Part shown: piece by piece, positions 35,586 to 44,864 of the stretch
Numbering within the stretch: position 1 is the first letter of the stretch
Layout: each line of letters starts with the position of its first letter
Assembly: GCA_024640225.1 (NCBI GenBank)
Contig: JAHEFK010000003.1
Coordinates: 32,649 to 96,648, forward strand
From: Bacteroidota bacterium
GTDB taxonomy: Bacteria > Bacteroidota > Bacteroidia > Chitinophagales > Chitinophagaceae
DNA: 64,000 nucleotides
Direction: 5' to 3'
The notes under the pieces: model-generated
What the model saw: only the letters and a program-made list of their open reading frames with translations
Database searches by the model: none
Told to the model about the DNA's origin: nothing
Translations under genes and position numbers: made by a program

Positions 35586-36668
35586 TAAGACCGCTTGCGC
35601 AGCTACCTCCGAGGCACTTTTCGAACCTAAGGCGGTCCACAATTCGGCATAGTCGGCTTGCAATTGTTGCTGCGTATCCTTGTCTTGCAAGAGCTTTTGT
35701 AAATGCCTTTGCAAGGCAGCGGTATGTAAATCATCTTGTATTAACTCGGGTACAATAGACCGATTCATGATTAAATTGGCTAAGGCAATAAATTTAATTT
35801 TAATAAAGCGCTTTGCCAACCAAAACGAAATAGGATTTCCTTTATAACATACTATTTGCGGCACTCCAAACAATGCGGTTTCCAACGTAGCGGTGCCACT
35901 CGTTACTATAGCTGCAGTCGCTTGCTGTACTATATCATAGGTTCTATCGGGGATTAATAAAACACCTGTTGGCGGCATCCATTCTTTATAAAAATCAGCA
36001 TCCATACTTGGTGCCTGCGCAATAACAAATTGATAATCGGGAAACAAGGGCACTAGAGATAACATGATAGGCAGCTTAGCTGCAATTTCTTGTTTTCTAC
36101 TACCGGGCAATAAGGCAATAATTGGCTTATTGGCAATTGCGGCCCCTTTACCTTTTTCTTTTGCAGCGCTTATTACCTCAATCAAGGGATGCCCTACATA
36201 GTCTACTTCAAAATTCCATCGCTTGTAATAATCCACCTCGAAAGGTAAAATTACCAATAGCTTGTCTACAGATGCTTTCAAGGAATGCACACGCTTTTCT
36301 TTCCAAGCCCACACTTGAGGTGAAATATAATAAACCACTTTTATGCCTTGCTGTTTAGCCCATGTTGCAATGCGCATATTAAAACCAGGATAGTCAATCA
36401 ATACTAAAACATCGGGTTGGAAATGTAGAATATCTGCTTTGCAAAAAGATAAATTACGAAGGATGGTTTTTAAATGAAATAAAACTTCTACAAAGCCCAT
36501 GAAGGCCAAGTCTTTATAGTGTTTTCTCAAGGTTGCACCCGCTGCTTCCATTGCTTCACCACCCCAACATTGAATAGTAGCTTGAGGATCTTTTGCATGT
36601 AAGGCTTTAATGAGATTGCTCCCATGCAAGTCGCCACTTGCTTCGCCAGCTATGATATAATACTTCAT
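35562..36668 (-). CDS. lpxB: Lipid-A-disaccharide synthase
   Basis: 368 aa. MKYYIIAGEASGDLHGSNLIKAL, LPGSRKQE, GTATLE. Confidence 0.93.
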   Translation of the reverse strand: MKYYIIAGEASGDLHGSNLIKALHAKDPQATIQCWGGEAMEAAGATLRKHYKDLAFMGFVEVLFHLKTILRNLSFCKADILHFQPDVLVLIDYPGFNMRIATWAKQQGIKVVYYISPQVWAWKEKRVHSLKASVDKLLVILPFEVDYYKRWNFEVDYVGHPLIEVISAAKEKGKGAAIANKPIIALLPGSRKQEIAAKLPIMLSLVPLFPDYQFVIAQAPSMDADFYKEWMPPTGVLLIPDRTYDIVQQATAAIVTSGTATLETALFGVPQIVCYKGNPISFWLAKRFIKIKFIALANLIMNRSIVPELIQDDLHTAALQRHLQKLLQDKDTQQQLQADYAELWTALGSKSASEVAAQAVLSMAQQAH

Positions 36669-36674
36669 AGTTAC

Positions 36675-36965
36675 TTACCAAACATATTTTAAAAGTAAAA
36701 TAAGCAATGCAAATAAAATGGTTGCCGACAAAACGCCTTTAGCCGTTTGATCGGCTCTGCGATTAAAGTAATAGAAAAAGGGAATTAAATTCGTTAAAAT
36801 TGAAAGACTCAAAACTTTAGCAGCATTGGTATGACTTTGCATTAAACCATTTAAAAATGCAAGCAAGGGTGTATCTTGATGTAATAAAACGAAAACCAAT
36901 AAGAACCCAAACACCGGTGCAAGTATTCCTAATATAAAACCTAAGAGCGCATTATTTTTAAGCAT
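36675..36965 (-). CDS. Small three-TM membrane protein, unknown function
   Basis: 96 aa, three hydrophobic segments. 6 nt upstream of lpxB on the same strand. ATG start. Confidence 0.5.
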   Translation of the reverse strand: MLKNNALLGFILGILAPVFGFLLVFVLLHQDTPLLAFLNGLMQSHTNAAKVLSLSILTNLIPFFYYFNRRADQTAKGVLSATILFALLILLLKYVW

Positions 36966-36985
36966 GAAGTCCTTTTTTAATGCTA

Positions 36986-36993
36986 CAAACTTA
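36986..36993 (-). promoter_or_regulatory. Bacteroidota -7 promoter box TAAGTTTG
   Basis: Exact TAnnTTTG, 20 nt upstream of ATG 36965. Confidence 0.45.
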
Positions 36994-37088
36994 CAAAAAA
37001 ATCAAGTTTAACAAGGTTTTGAATATTGCAATTACCCGAAATAAATTAAAATTGGTAACTTTACCTTCTAACATATAATTGAAGTAAT

Positions 37089-37850
37089 ATGAATTTTAAT
37101 TTAAAACAAATGCCCGAAAGAACGGCTCGACCAAGAACTAATGGACTTACCATGATTATGGATAAAGGATTAGGATTGGATGAAGTACGCAATTTTTTAT
37201 CTACTTCACTTCCCTATGTTGATATTGTAAAGTTAGGATTTGGCACTTCTTACGTTACTAGCAACTTAAAAGAAAAATTAGCCATCTACAAAGAGCATAA
37301 TGTACCTGTATATTTTGGTGGCACCTTATTTGAAGCATTCATTATTCGCGATCAATTTCAAGATTATATTGATGCGATTAAAGAATACGGCATTGATCAT
37401 GTAGAAGTTTCTGATGGCTCCATGGATATTGAACACCCTGTAAAATGTAAGTATATTAGCGAATTGGCAAAGCATGCAACGGTATTATCTGAAGTAGGTT
37501 CTAAAGATGCCGCTCATATTATTCCTCCTTATAAATGGATTGAACTCATGCGCGCAGAGTTAGCAGCTGGATCGAGCTATGTAATTGCAGAAGCACGCGA
37601 AGCAGGCAATGTAGGCATCTATAGAGGCAGTGGTGAGGTAAGAGAAGGATTGGTACAAGAAATTTTAACGCAAATTCCATCTGAGAAAATTATTTGGGAA
37701 GCGCCACAAAAAGCTCAACAGTTATACTTTCTAGAATTATTGGGCGCCAATGTAAACCTTGGTAATATTGCCCCACATGAAGTAATTGCTTTAGAAGCAA
37801 TGCGTATTGGATTGCGTGGCGACACCTTTCATTTATATTTAAACAAATAA
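37089..37850 (+). CDS. Phosphosulfolactate synthase (ComA) family protein
   Basis: 253 aa. RTNGLTMIMDKGLGLDEVRNFL...YVDIVKLGFGTSYV and EVSDGS blocks match my memory of the (2R)-phospho-3-sulfolactate synthase family. Confidence 0.75.
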   Translation: MNFNLKQMPERTARPRTNGLTMIMDKGLGLDEVRNFLSTSLPYVDIVKLGFGTSYVTSNLKEKLAIYKEHNVPVYFGGTLFEAFIIRDQFQDYIDAIKEYGIDHVEVSDGSMDIEHPVKCKYISELAKHATVLSEVGSKDAAHIIPPYKWIELMRAELAAGSSYVIAEAREAGNVGIYRGSGEVREGLVQEILTQIPSEKIIWEAPQKAQQLYFLELLGANVNLGNIAPHEVIALEAMRIGLRGDTFHLYLNK

Positions 37851-37853
37851 GCC

Positions 37854-38600
37854 TTGAGCGCATACGGATTAATTGGCTATCCACTCTCTCATTCCTTTTC
37901 TCCAGCTTATTTTGAAAAGAAATTTGCAGCGTTGCACCGAACTGATTCGTATGCGTTATTTCCCCTTCAAGATATTAACGAATTGCCGGCACTTATACAA
38001 GCGCATCCAAGCCTTGCCGGACTCAATGTAACTATACCTTACAAAGAAACGGTACTTCCGTATTTAGATTATATCGATGCTACTGCACAAGCTATTGGTG
38101 CAGTTAATTGTATAAAAATGAGCCATGGAAAACTTTTGGGTTTCAATACCGATTGGATTGGCTTTACGAAAAGTATACAACCCTTATTAGCTACCCAAAA
38201 GTCCTATACCGCACTTGTATTGGGAACGGGCGGGGCTTCTAAAGCAGTGCAATATGCATTAACACAGTTGCACATTCCATTTCAATTAGTAAGCAGAAAC
38301 CCTACTATATCAAGTATCCATTATGATGCGCTTTCTCCTTCCATTATAGCAGCGCACAAGCTCCTTATTAATACTACACCTGTTGGTATGTATCCAAACG
38401 TGGCTGCATGTCCACTTCCTTTTACAGAGGCTATCGGCGAGCAGCATATCGTTATGGATCTCTTATACAACCCAAGCGAAACGCTCTTATTACAAAAAGC
38501 GGCTGCCAATGGAGCGCTTATAAAAAATGGTTATGATATGCTTTGCTTTCAAGCAGATGCTTGTTGGGAAATATGGCAACAAGCTTATCCTACTGAATAA
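37854..38600 (+). CDS. aroE: Shikimate dehydrogenase
   Basis: 248 aa. YGLIGYPLSHSFSPAYFEKKF, NVTIPYKE, NTDWIG, GTGGASKA. TTG start 3 nt after the ComA-like stop. No in-frame ATG near the N-terminus. Confidence 0.88.
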   Translation: MSAYGLIGYPLSHSFSPAYFEKKFAALHRTDSYALFPLQDINELPALIQAHPSLAGLNVTIPYKETVLPYLDYIDATAQAIGAVNCIKMSHGKLLGFNTDWIGFTKSIQPLLATQKSYTALVLGTGGASKAVQYALTQLHIPFQLVSRNPTISSIHYDALSPSIIAAHKLLINTTPVGMYPNVAACPLPFTEAIGEQHIVMDLLYNPSETLLLQKAAANGALIKNGYDMLCFQADACWEIWQQAYPTE

Positions 38601-39376
38601 TAAACACAAGTAGTAAGAAAATTACGCACAAAGGGTAGCGCTTTAATAAAAGAAAACTGCTCACGGGCTGTTAATCCAAACTTATATTTATAAATGGGAT
38701 TTATTAAATAATGACGCTGATTTTTTATCGTCAACCCGGCTGCTTTTATAATACGTTCGAAGCGCTCAATAGAAATACGCGTAGATTTAATTTCCAGTAA
38801 CTCCCCTATTTTTCCATCTGTTTCTCCACCCAAACGCAAAATGCCTTTGTATAAAAAATTAGGAAGTAAATGATAATAAGGCAACTTACTCGTCCATTTA
38901 TTCAGGGCTAATTGTTGATGACCACCAAAGGGCATTTGCCAGGGTGGAAAACCAAAAAATACTTGTCCCGCTGGTGCTAATAATTGCTTTAGATGCGGAA
39001 TAAACGCTTCTTGATTGGGGATATGCTCAATCGCATCTTTTAAAATAATGACATCGAAATATTGATGAAACTTGTTCACAAAAGAAGCTTCATAAACATC
39101 TTGATTGATAAACTGCACCTTAGCTTGACTAATATCATTAGCAAAATATTCATTCGCAATATCTATGCGTATTTGATCTAAATCTACACCTACGCACAAA
39201 CAACCGCTATCTATAAACGGTTTTAAAACACCCCCTTCACCGCAGCCAATTTCCAATACCTTTAATCCGGCTTGAATCGTTTTAGTTTCATTGATAAAAG
39301 CTAATACGTAGGCTTGCGAATTTTCTACTTGTTGGGTAAAACGCAGTTTACTATCGAGATGATGTTCTAATGCCAC
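38585..39376 (-). CDS. Class I SAM-dependent methyltransferase
   Basis: 263 aa. Motif I VLEIGCGEGG, DVIILKDAIEHI. GTG start (complement of 39374-39376). Convergent 16-nt overlap with aroE. Confidence 0.75.
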   Translation of the reverse strand: MALEHHLDSKLRFTQQVENSQAYVLAFINETKTIQAGLKVLEIGCGEGGVLKPFIDSGCLCVGVDLDQIRIDIANEYFANDISQAKVQFINQDVYEASFVNKFHQYFDVIILKDAIEHIPNQEAFIPHLKQLLAPAGQVFFGFPPWQMPFGGHQQLALNKWTSKLPYYHLLPNFLYKGILRLGGETDGKIGELLEIKSTRISIERFERIIKAAGLTIKNQRHYLINPIYKYKFGLTAREQFSFIKALPFVRNFLTTCVYYSVG

Positions 39377-39404
39377 TGTTATACTATTTTAAGGTACAAG
39401 TTAG

Positions 39405-40478
39405 TTATTTCTTAATTTCTTTTTCAACAAATAAACCTAATTGATTTTCAATACTAGCATCATGCATGAGCTCAAATACTTGCTTTATCAACTGCGGATC
39501 TAAACCTTTTAATGCAGCACTATGTGTTTTAGAAGCAATAATTTCTCTCCAACGCTCAGGTTGGTAAGCACTTAAATTTAATTCCTTTTTAAGCACGCCT
39601 AACTGACTACTCAATTCCATTCTGCGCGCTATCAATGCCATAATTTCATCATCAACACTATCCATCAATTGACGATAATAATCTAATTGAGCAAATTGAT
39701 TTGTTGCTTCTAAATGAGTCGTTCTAATTTTTAATTGTTGGATTAATTGCCATAATGCTTCAGGCGTTATTTGTTGCGCTGCATCACTCAAGGCAGTGCT
39801 GGGTTGCGGATGTGTTTCTATCATCAAGCCATCAAAACCCATATCCATAGCACGTTGCGACATGCTCGCTACCTGATCACTAGCTCCTGTTATATGGCTA
39901 GGATCATTGATAAGAATAAGTTCAGGTCTTCTGCGTTTTAATTCAATTGGAATAATCCAATTCGGTTCATTTCTATAGGTAGTTGATTTTGCATAAGTAG
40001 AAAAACCTCTATGAATAGCTGCAATATCGGTGATGCCAACTTTCTCCATGCGTTCAATTGCTCCTATCCATAAATCTACATCTGGAGTAACTGGATTTTT
40101 AATCATAACAGGTATGTGTACCCCTCGTAAACTATCTGCTAATCGTTGCACTTGAAAGGGATTTACAACCGTTCTTGCTCCCAACCACAATACATCTACT
40201 TGATAGCGCAAGGCTAACTCGATATGGGCAGGCTCTGCAACTTCAATTGCAATAGGAATATTGAATTCGTTTTTTATTTCTTGCAACCACACTAAAGCTT
40301 GCTCGCCCATGCCTTCAAAACTTCCTGGTCGGGTTCTTGGCTTCCAAACGCCTGCTCTAAACAATTGAATAGGCATAGTTTGAAATGACTTTGCAATTTG
40401 TTGCAATTGTTCTTTCGACTCTACACTACAAGGACCAGCAATATAGATAGGTGCAGAAGATTTAGAAAAAAAAGACAT
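39405..40478 (-). CDS. Bifunctional 3-deoxy-7-phosphoheptulonate (DAHP) synthase / chorismate mutase type II
   Basis: 357 aa. IAGPCSVES, RAGVWKPRTRPGSFEGMG, DPSH (class I-beta DAHPS). C-terminal ~90 aa DEIMALIARRMELS...ERWREI are AroQ-like. Confidence 0.88.
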   Translation of the reverse strand: MSFFSKSSAPIYIAGPCSVESKEQLQQIAKSFQTMPIQLFRAGVWKPRTRPGSFEGMGEQALVWLQEIKNEFNIPIAIEVAEPAHIELALRYQVDVLWLGARTVVNPFQVQRLADSLRGVHIPVMIKNPVTPDVDLWIGAIERMEKVGITDIAAIHRGFSTYAKSTTYRNEPNWIIPIELKRRRPELILINDPSHITGASDQVASMSQRAMDMGFDGLMIETHPQPSTALSDAAQQITPEALWQLIQQLKIRTTHLEATNQFAQLDYYRQLMDSVDDEIMALIARRMELSSQLGVLKKELNLSAYQPERWREIIASKTHSAALKGLDPQLIKQVFELMHDASIENQLGLFVEKEIKK

Positions 40479-40511
40479 GCTGCAAGTTACAAAAACTAAA
40501 TGGTACTCCTA

Positions 40512-41300
40512 CTACCATCCATCTCCATCCAAAAGATTTCCGATGCCGCCCAATACGCTCCCTTCTTCTTTTCGTTTATACGTGCCAAATGTCAATATGC
40601 GTGCTGCCAATCTGCTTACTGGCAAGGATTGAATCCATACTTTACCAGATCCGGAGAGGGTGGCAAAAAATAATCCTTCACCACCAAAAAGCGTATTCTT
40701 GATGCCGCCTACAAATTGAATATCATAGCTGATGGCGCCGGCAAAACCAACAATACAGCCGGTATCAATCTTCAAGGTTTCTCCTGGTGTTAAATAAATT
40801 TCTTTTACAAATCCACTCGCATGTAAAAAAGCCATTCCATCCCCTTCAATTTTTTCCATGATAAAACCCTCACCGCCAAACAAACCCGTTCCTAATTTTT
40901 TTTGAAATTCTATTCCAATACTCACTCCTTTAGCCGCACATAAGAAAGCATCTTTTTGACAAATAACTTTGCCGCCTAATTGTGATAAATCAAGGGGAAC
41001 AATTTTACCTGGATACGGAGAAGCAAAACTAACTGTTCTTTTTTGTGCACCCTGATTGGTAAACGCAGTCATAAATAAATTTTCACCTACCAATAATCGT
41101 TTCCCAGCACTAAACAATTTACCAAGCAATCCGTTTTCCTGTTGACTACCATCACCAAATAATGTTTGCATACTTATATCGTCTTGCATCATCATAAATG
41201 CACCTGGCTCAGCAATTACGCTTTCTTGAGGATCTAGTTCTACTTCTACATACTGCATTTCTTCACCGTAAATGGTATAATCGATTTCATGATTATTCAT
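40512..41300 (-). CDS. AIM24 / TIGR00266 family protein
   Basis: 262 aa. MQYVEVELDPQESVIAEPGAFMMM, GGEGFIM, GGEGLFFATLSGSGKVWIQSLP. Confidence 0.8.
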   Translation of the reverse strand: MNNHEIDYTIYGEEMQYVEVELDPQESVIAEPGAFMMMQDDISMQTLFGDGSQQENGLLGKLFSAGKRLLVGENLFMTAFTNQGAQKRTVSFASPYPGKIVPLDLSQLGGKVICQKDAFLCAAKGVSIGIEFQKKLGTGLFGGEGFIMEKIEGDGMAFLHASGFVKEIYLTPGETLKIDTGCIVGFAGAISYDIQFVGGIKNTLFGGEGLFFATLSGSGKVWIQSLPVSRLAARILTFGTYKRKEEGSVLGGIGNLLDGDGW

Positions 41301-41316
41301 AGTTCTTTATTTTTTA

Positions 41317-41324
41317 CAAATATA
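41317..41324 (-). promoter_or_regulatory. Bacteroidota -7 promoter box TATATTTG
   Basis: Exact TAnnTTTG, 16 nt upstream of ATG 41300. Confidence 0.45.
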
Positions 41325-41412
41325 TTTTTAATCTCACATTCACCTCTTAAAAGAAATGCTAATTTTTAAGATTGCATTTTTAATAGTACTTTTAAAAATT
41401 ATTTAGTTTTCC

Positions 41413-42129
41413 ATGCAACCGATTCCAGATTTAGAAACACTCAAAACAGGGGCTTTAATGCTTATCGACAAATCGTATAAGTGGACCTCTTTTGATGCGT
41501 TGTTCAAAATCAAAAAAGGACTTAAAGTAAAAAAAATTGGCCATTGCGGCACCCTCGATCCGCTGGCCACAGGATTGTTAATTGCCTGCACCGGCAAACA
41601 AACCAAACAAATTATGATGTATCAAAAATTACCTAAAGTATATACCGGTATTTTTGAATTAGGAGCAACCACGGAATCGTATGATTTAGAAACAACGCCC
41701 AGTAATCATTTACCCTATGCACATATAACTGCAGAAGATATAGAAGCTGCAAGAAAAAAATTTGAAGGGCTTATACAACAAGTACCGCCTATACATTCTG
41801 CTATTAAGAAAGATGGGAAACGTGCTTACGAATCGGCAAGAGAAGGTATTGAAATTGTTTTAGAACCTCGACAAGTAGAAATCACACAATTTATAATTAC
41901 TAAAATAGCCTTGCCTGAGGTACATTTTGAAGTACATTGTAGTACGGGTACCTATATTCGTTCGCTAGCGCATGACTTTGGTGCTGCCTTGCAATGTGGA
42001 GCGCATCTAAAAGAACTGAGACGAACAAAAATTGGTAATTTTTCTATTGAAGATGCCAAAACAACAGATGAGTGGATTGATTTATTAAAGCCACCCAAAG
42101 TAGCTCAAATAAAAAATCCTGAACCATAG
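41413..42129 (+). CDS. truB: tRNA pseudouridine(55) synthase
   Basis: 238 aa. GHCGTLDPLATGLLI catalytic Asp motif, PPIHSAIKKDGKRAYE. Confidence 0.93.
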   Translation: MQPIPDLETLKTGALMLIDKSYKWTSFDALFKIKKGLKVKKIGHCGTLDPLATGLLIACTGKQTKQIMMYQKLPKVYTGIFELGATTESYDLETTPSNHLPYAHITAEDIEAARKKFEGLIQQVPPIHSAIKKDGKRAYESAREGIEIVLEPRQVEITQFIITKIALPEVHFEVHCSTGTYIRSLAHDFGAALQCGAHLKELRRTKIGNFSIEDAKTTDEWIDLLKPPKVAQIKNPEP

Positions 42130-42145
42130 TTCAGGATTTTTTTTA
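42112..42145. terminator. Bidirectional terminator hairpin between truB and the DUF2795 gene
   Basis: AATCCTGAAC (42116-42125) / GTTCAGGATT (42130-42139), loop CATA, with A-run and T8-run flanks. The stem includes the last truB codons and its stop. Confidence 0.7.
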
Positions 42146-42364
42146 ATATTCATCTTCGTTAAAGAAGAAATCTTCTTGCGTAGGATAGTCGGGCCAAATA
42201 TCTTCAATGGCTTCATAGATTTCACCCTCGTCATCTAATTCCTGCAAATTTTCTACAACCTCTAAAGGAGAACCCGAGCGAATGGCATAATCAATTAACT
42301 CGTCTTTAGTAGCTGGCCATGGTGCTTCTTCTAAATGAGAAGCTAATTCAAGTGTCCAAAACAT
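42143..42364 (-). CDS. DUF2795 domain protein
   Basis: 73 aa. PWPATKDELIDYAIRSGSPLEVVENLQELDDE matches the DUF2795 pattern as I remember it. Confidence 0.7.
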   Translation of the reverse strand: MFWTLELASHLEEAPWPATKDELIDYAIRSGSPLEVVENLQELDDEGEIYEAIEDIWPDYPTQEDFFFNEDEY

Positions 42365-42401
42365 ATACTATAATTTATTTTTTAAATTTTGATAATTTAC
42401 G

Positions 42402-42409
42402 CAAATGTA
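42402..42409 (-). promoter_or_regulatory. Bacteroidota -7 promoter box TACATTTG
   Basis: Exact TAnnTTTG, 37 nt upstream of ATG 42364. Confidence 0.4.
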
Positions 42410-42524
42410 AGTTTTCATTTAAAATATACAAATTTTTGTTTTTTATTATTTTCTTAAAAACGACAATTGTAATTTTTAAATTAAAAAAAATAGTTTTTCT
42501 TTGAAGGATAATAAATAATACAGC

Positions 42525-43178
42525 ATGCTGCAAGCCATAGCTATTAAAAAACAATACGATCAATCTGTCATTCTAAAAGGGGTGTCTCTTTCAGTAAAGC
42601 CTGCGGAGATGGTTGCCATTATGGGTCCGTCTGGTGCAGGCAAAAGTACCCTGCTGCATATATTAGGCACTTTAGATACGGCCGATGCAGGCACTATTTG
42701 TATCAACAATACAGAGGTGCATACTTTAAGTAAAAATGAAATGGCTGATTTTCGAAATCAATCCATTGGTTTTGTTTTTCAGTTTCATCATCTATTACCC
42801 GAATTCAATGCGTTAGAAAATATTTGTATGCCACAATGGATTGCAAAAAAAGATAAAATACAAGCAGAACGCTATGCACTCGAACTCTTAGACTATATGC
42901 ATTTAGCTGACAAAGCACATAAAAAACCTAATGAGCTCTCTGGCGGCGAGCAACAACGCATTGCAATTGCACGGGCTTTAATCAACAAACCCGCTATCCT
43001 ATTTGCCGATGAACCTACTGGAAATTTAGACAGTCATAATGCACAAAGCATACACGAATTGTTTTCAAAATTGCGAACAGAATTGCAACAAACCTTTGTA
43101 ATTGTAACGCATAATGAAGACTTAGCTAAGAGCACCGATCGCATAATAAAAATGCAAGATGGGCTTATAATAGCTTAA
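42525..43178 (+). CDS. ABC transporter ATP-binding protein (LolD/MacB-type)
   Basis: 217 aa. Walker A GPSGAGKST, LSGGEQQR, ILFADEPTGNLD. Confidence 0.85.
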   Translation: MLQAIAIKKQYDQSVILKGVSLSVKPAEMVAIMGPSGAGKSTLLHILGTLDTADAGTICINNTEVHTLSKNEMADFRNQSIGFVFQFHHLLPEFNALENICMPQWIAKKDKIQAERYALELLDYMHLADKAHKKPNELSGGEQQRIAIARALINKPAILFADEPTGNLDSHNAQSIHELFSKLRTELQQTFVIVTHNEDLAKSTDRIIKMQDGLIIA

Positions 43179-43299
43179 AAACAAGGTTTTTATCCATAAT
43201 ATTACATATTTTACACTACATATTTAATTGTTTATCAATTATTTATAAAATTCTTAATAAAAGAATTGGATAAACATTTCCCCTTTTTAGTAAAAAGTA

Positions 43300-43307
43300 T
43301 ATTTTTG
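43300..43307 (+). promoter_or_regulatory. Bacteroidota -7 promoter box TATTTTTG
   Basis: Exact TAnnTTTG, 31 nt upstream of the acpP ATG. Confidence 0.45.
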
Positions 43308-43338
43308 CACTCTAATAACAAACTTAAAATTAGATAAC

Positions 43339-43575
43339 ATGTCTGAAATTGCAAATCGCGTAAAAAAAATCATCGTTGACAAATTAGGCGTTGACGAGTC
43401 TGAAGTAACTCCAGAAGCTAGCTTTACTAATGATTTAGGAGCTGATTCTTTAGATACCGTAGAGTTGATTATGGAATTCGAAAAAGAATTCAATATCTCT
43501 ATTCCAGACGAACAAGCTGAAACCATCACTACTGTTGGTATGGCTGTTTCTTACTTAGAAGAACACGTTAAGTAA
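43339..43575 (+). CDS. acpP: Acyl carrier protein
   Basis: 78 aa. Phosphopantetheine site [17 protein letters not shown]. Confidence 0.97.
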   Translation: MSEIANRVKKIIVDKLGVDESEVTPEASFTNDLGADSLDTVELIMEFEKEFNISIPDEQAETITTVGMAVSYLEEHVK

Positions 43576-43602
43576 TTTTAAAATTTTTACTGAATTAATA
43601 CA

Positions 43603-44862
43603 ATGAATAAACCGTTAAAACGCGTAGTGGTAACGGGTCTCGGCGCCCTTACTCCCTTAGGAAACTCAGTATCTGCATATTGGGAAGGACTTATGAATGG
43701 GGTTTCGGGTGCCGATTCTATTACATTGTTTGATGCTAGTAAATTTAAAACACAATTTGCTTGCGAATTGAAAGGATTTAATCCAGAGGATTATTTCGAC
43801 AGAAAAGAAGCAAGAAAATTAGACCGTTTTTCTCAATTAGCGGTTGTAGCTGCTTCTCAAGCAGTAGAACATGCTAAACTCACCGATGAGGCTATCAACA
43901 AAGATAGAGTTGGTGTTATTTGGGGATCGGGCATTGGTGGTATGACTACCTTTATGGAGGAAGTGCGCAACTTTTATTTAGGTGATGGCACTCCTCGATT
44001 CAACCCTTTCTTTATTCCAAAACTAATCTTAGATATCGCTTCTGGTCATATCTCTATGAAATATGGTTTTAGAGGTCCCAATTTTGCAACGGTAAGTGCA
44101 TGTGCATCTTCTACCAATGCTATAATTGATGCCTATAACTATATACGATTAGGGAAAGCAGACGCTATTATTTGTGGCGGTTCTGAAGCCGTAATTAATG
44201 AAGCAGGTGTGGGTGGTTTTAATGCCATGAAAGCACTTTCTGAACGCAACGATGCACCAAAAACAGCTAGTCGTCCATTTGATTTGGATAGAGATGGTTT
44301 TGTTATGGGCGAAGGCGCAGGCGCTATCATTTTAGAAGAATACGAACACGCTATTAGAAGAGGCATTCCTATCATTGCAGAAATTGCTGGTGGTGGTGCT
44401 AGTGCTGACGCACATCATTTGACCGCTCCTCATCCAGAAGGATTGGGCGCCTATAATGTTATGAAAAATGCTTTAGAGGATGCTGAAATGCGCCCTGAAG
44501 ATATCGACTACATTAATGTTCACGGTACCTCTACTCCATTAGGAGACATCAGTGAAGTTGCTGCTATTCAAAAAGTATTTGGCGAACATGCCTACAAACT
44601 TAACATTAGCTCTACGAAGTCTATGACCGGTCACTTATTAGGTGCAGCTGGTGCTATAGAAGCAATTGCTAGCATTTTATCTGTAGTCAATAATGCTATT
44701 CCTCCTACCATCAATCACTTCACGGACGATCCTGCATTTGATTCTAAATTAAATTTCACGTTCAACAAAGCCCAACATAAAGAAGTGAAAGCTGCATTAA
44801 GCAACACTTTTGGTTTTGGCGGACATAATGCTTCCGTTATATTTAAGAAATACGAGCCTTAA
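43603..44862 (+). CDS. fabF: Beta-ketoacyl-ACP synthase II
   Basis: 419 aa. Active-site ATVSACASS, HGTSTPLGD, GHLLGAAG, GFGGHN. Confidence 0.95.
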   Translation: MNKPLKRVVVTGLGALTPLGNSVSAYWEGLMNGVSGADSITLFDASKFKTQFACELKGFNPEDYFDRKEARKLDRFSQLAVVAASQAVEHAKLTDEAINKDRVGVIWGSGIGGMTTFMEEVRNFYLGDGTPRFNPFFIPKLILDIASGHISMKYGFRGPNFATVSACASSTNAIIDAYNYIRLGKADAIICGGSEAVINEAGVGGFNAMKALSERNDAPKTASRPFDLDRDGFVMGEGAGAIILEEYEHAIRRGIPIIAEIAGGGASADAHHLTAPHPEGLGAYNVMKNALEDAEMRPEDIDYINVHGTSTPLGDISEVAAIQKVFGEHAYKLNISSTKSMTGHLLGAAGAIEAIASILSVVNNAIPPTINHFTDDPAFDSKLNFTFNKAQHKEVKAALSNTFGFGGHNASVIFKKYEP

Positions 44863-44864
44863 TT

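Noticed and set aside
42319-42563. Two ORFs of 61-62 aa lie on opposite strands across the 160-nt AT-rich spacer between the DUF2795 gene and the ABC ATPase gene.
   Set aside because: Their products are Ile/Phe/Lys/Asn low-complexity strings from poly-A/T DNA. The region is better explained as a divergent promoter spacer; the TACATTTG box lies within it.
43287-43529. An 80-aa minus-strand ORF overlaps acpP.
   Set aside because: It is antisense to one of the most conserved genes in the window and contains the acpP promoter region.
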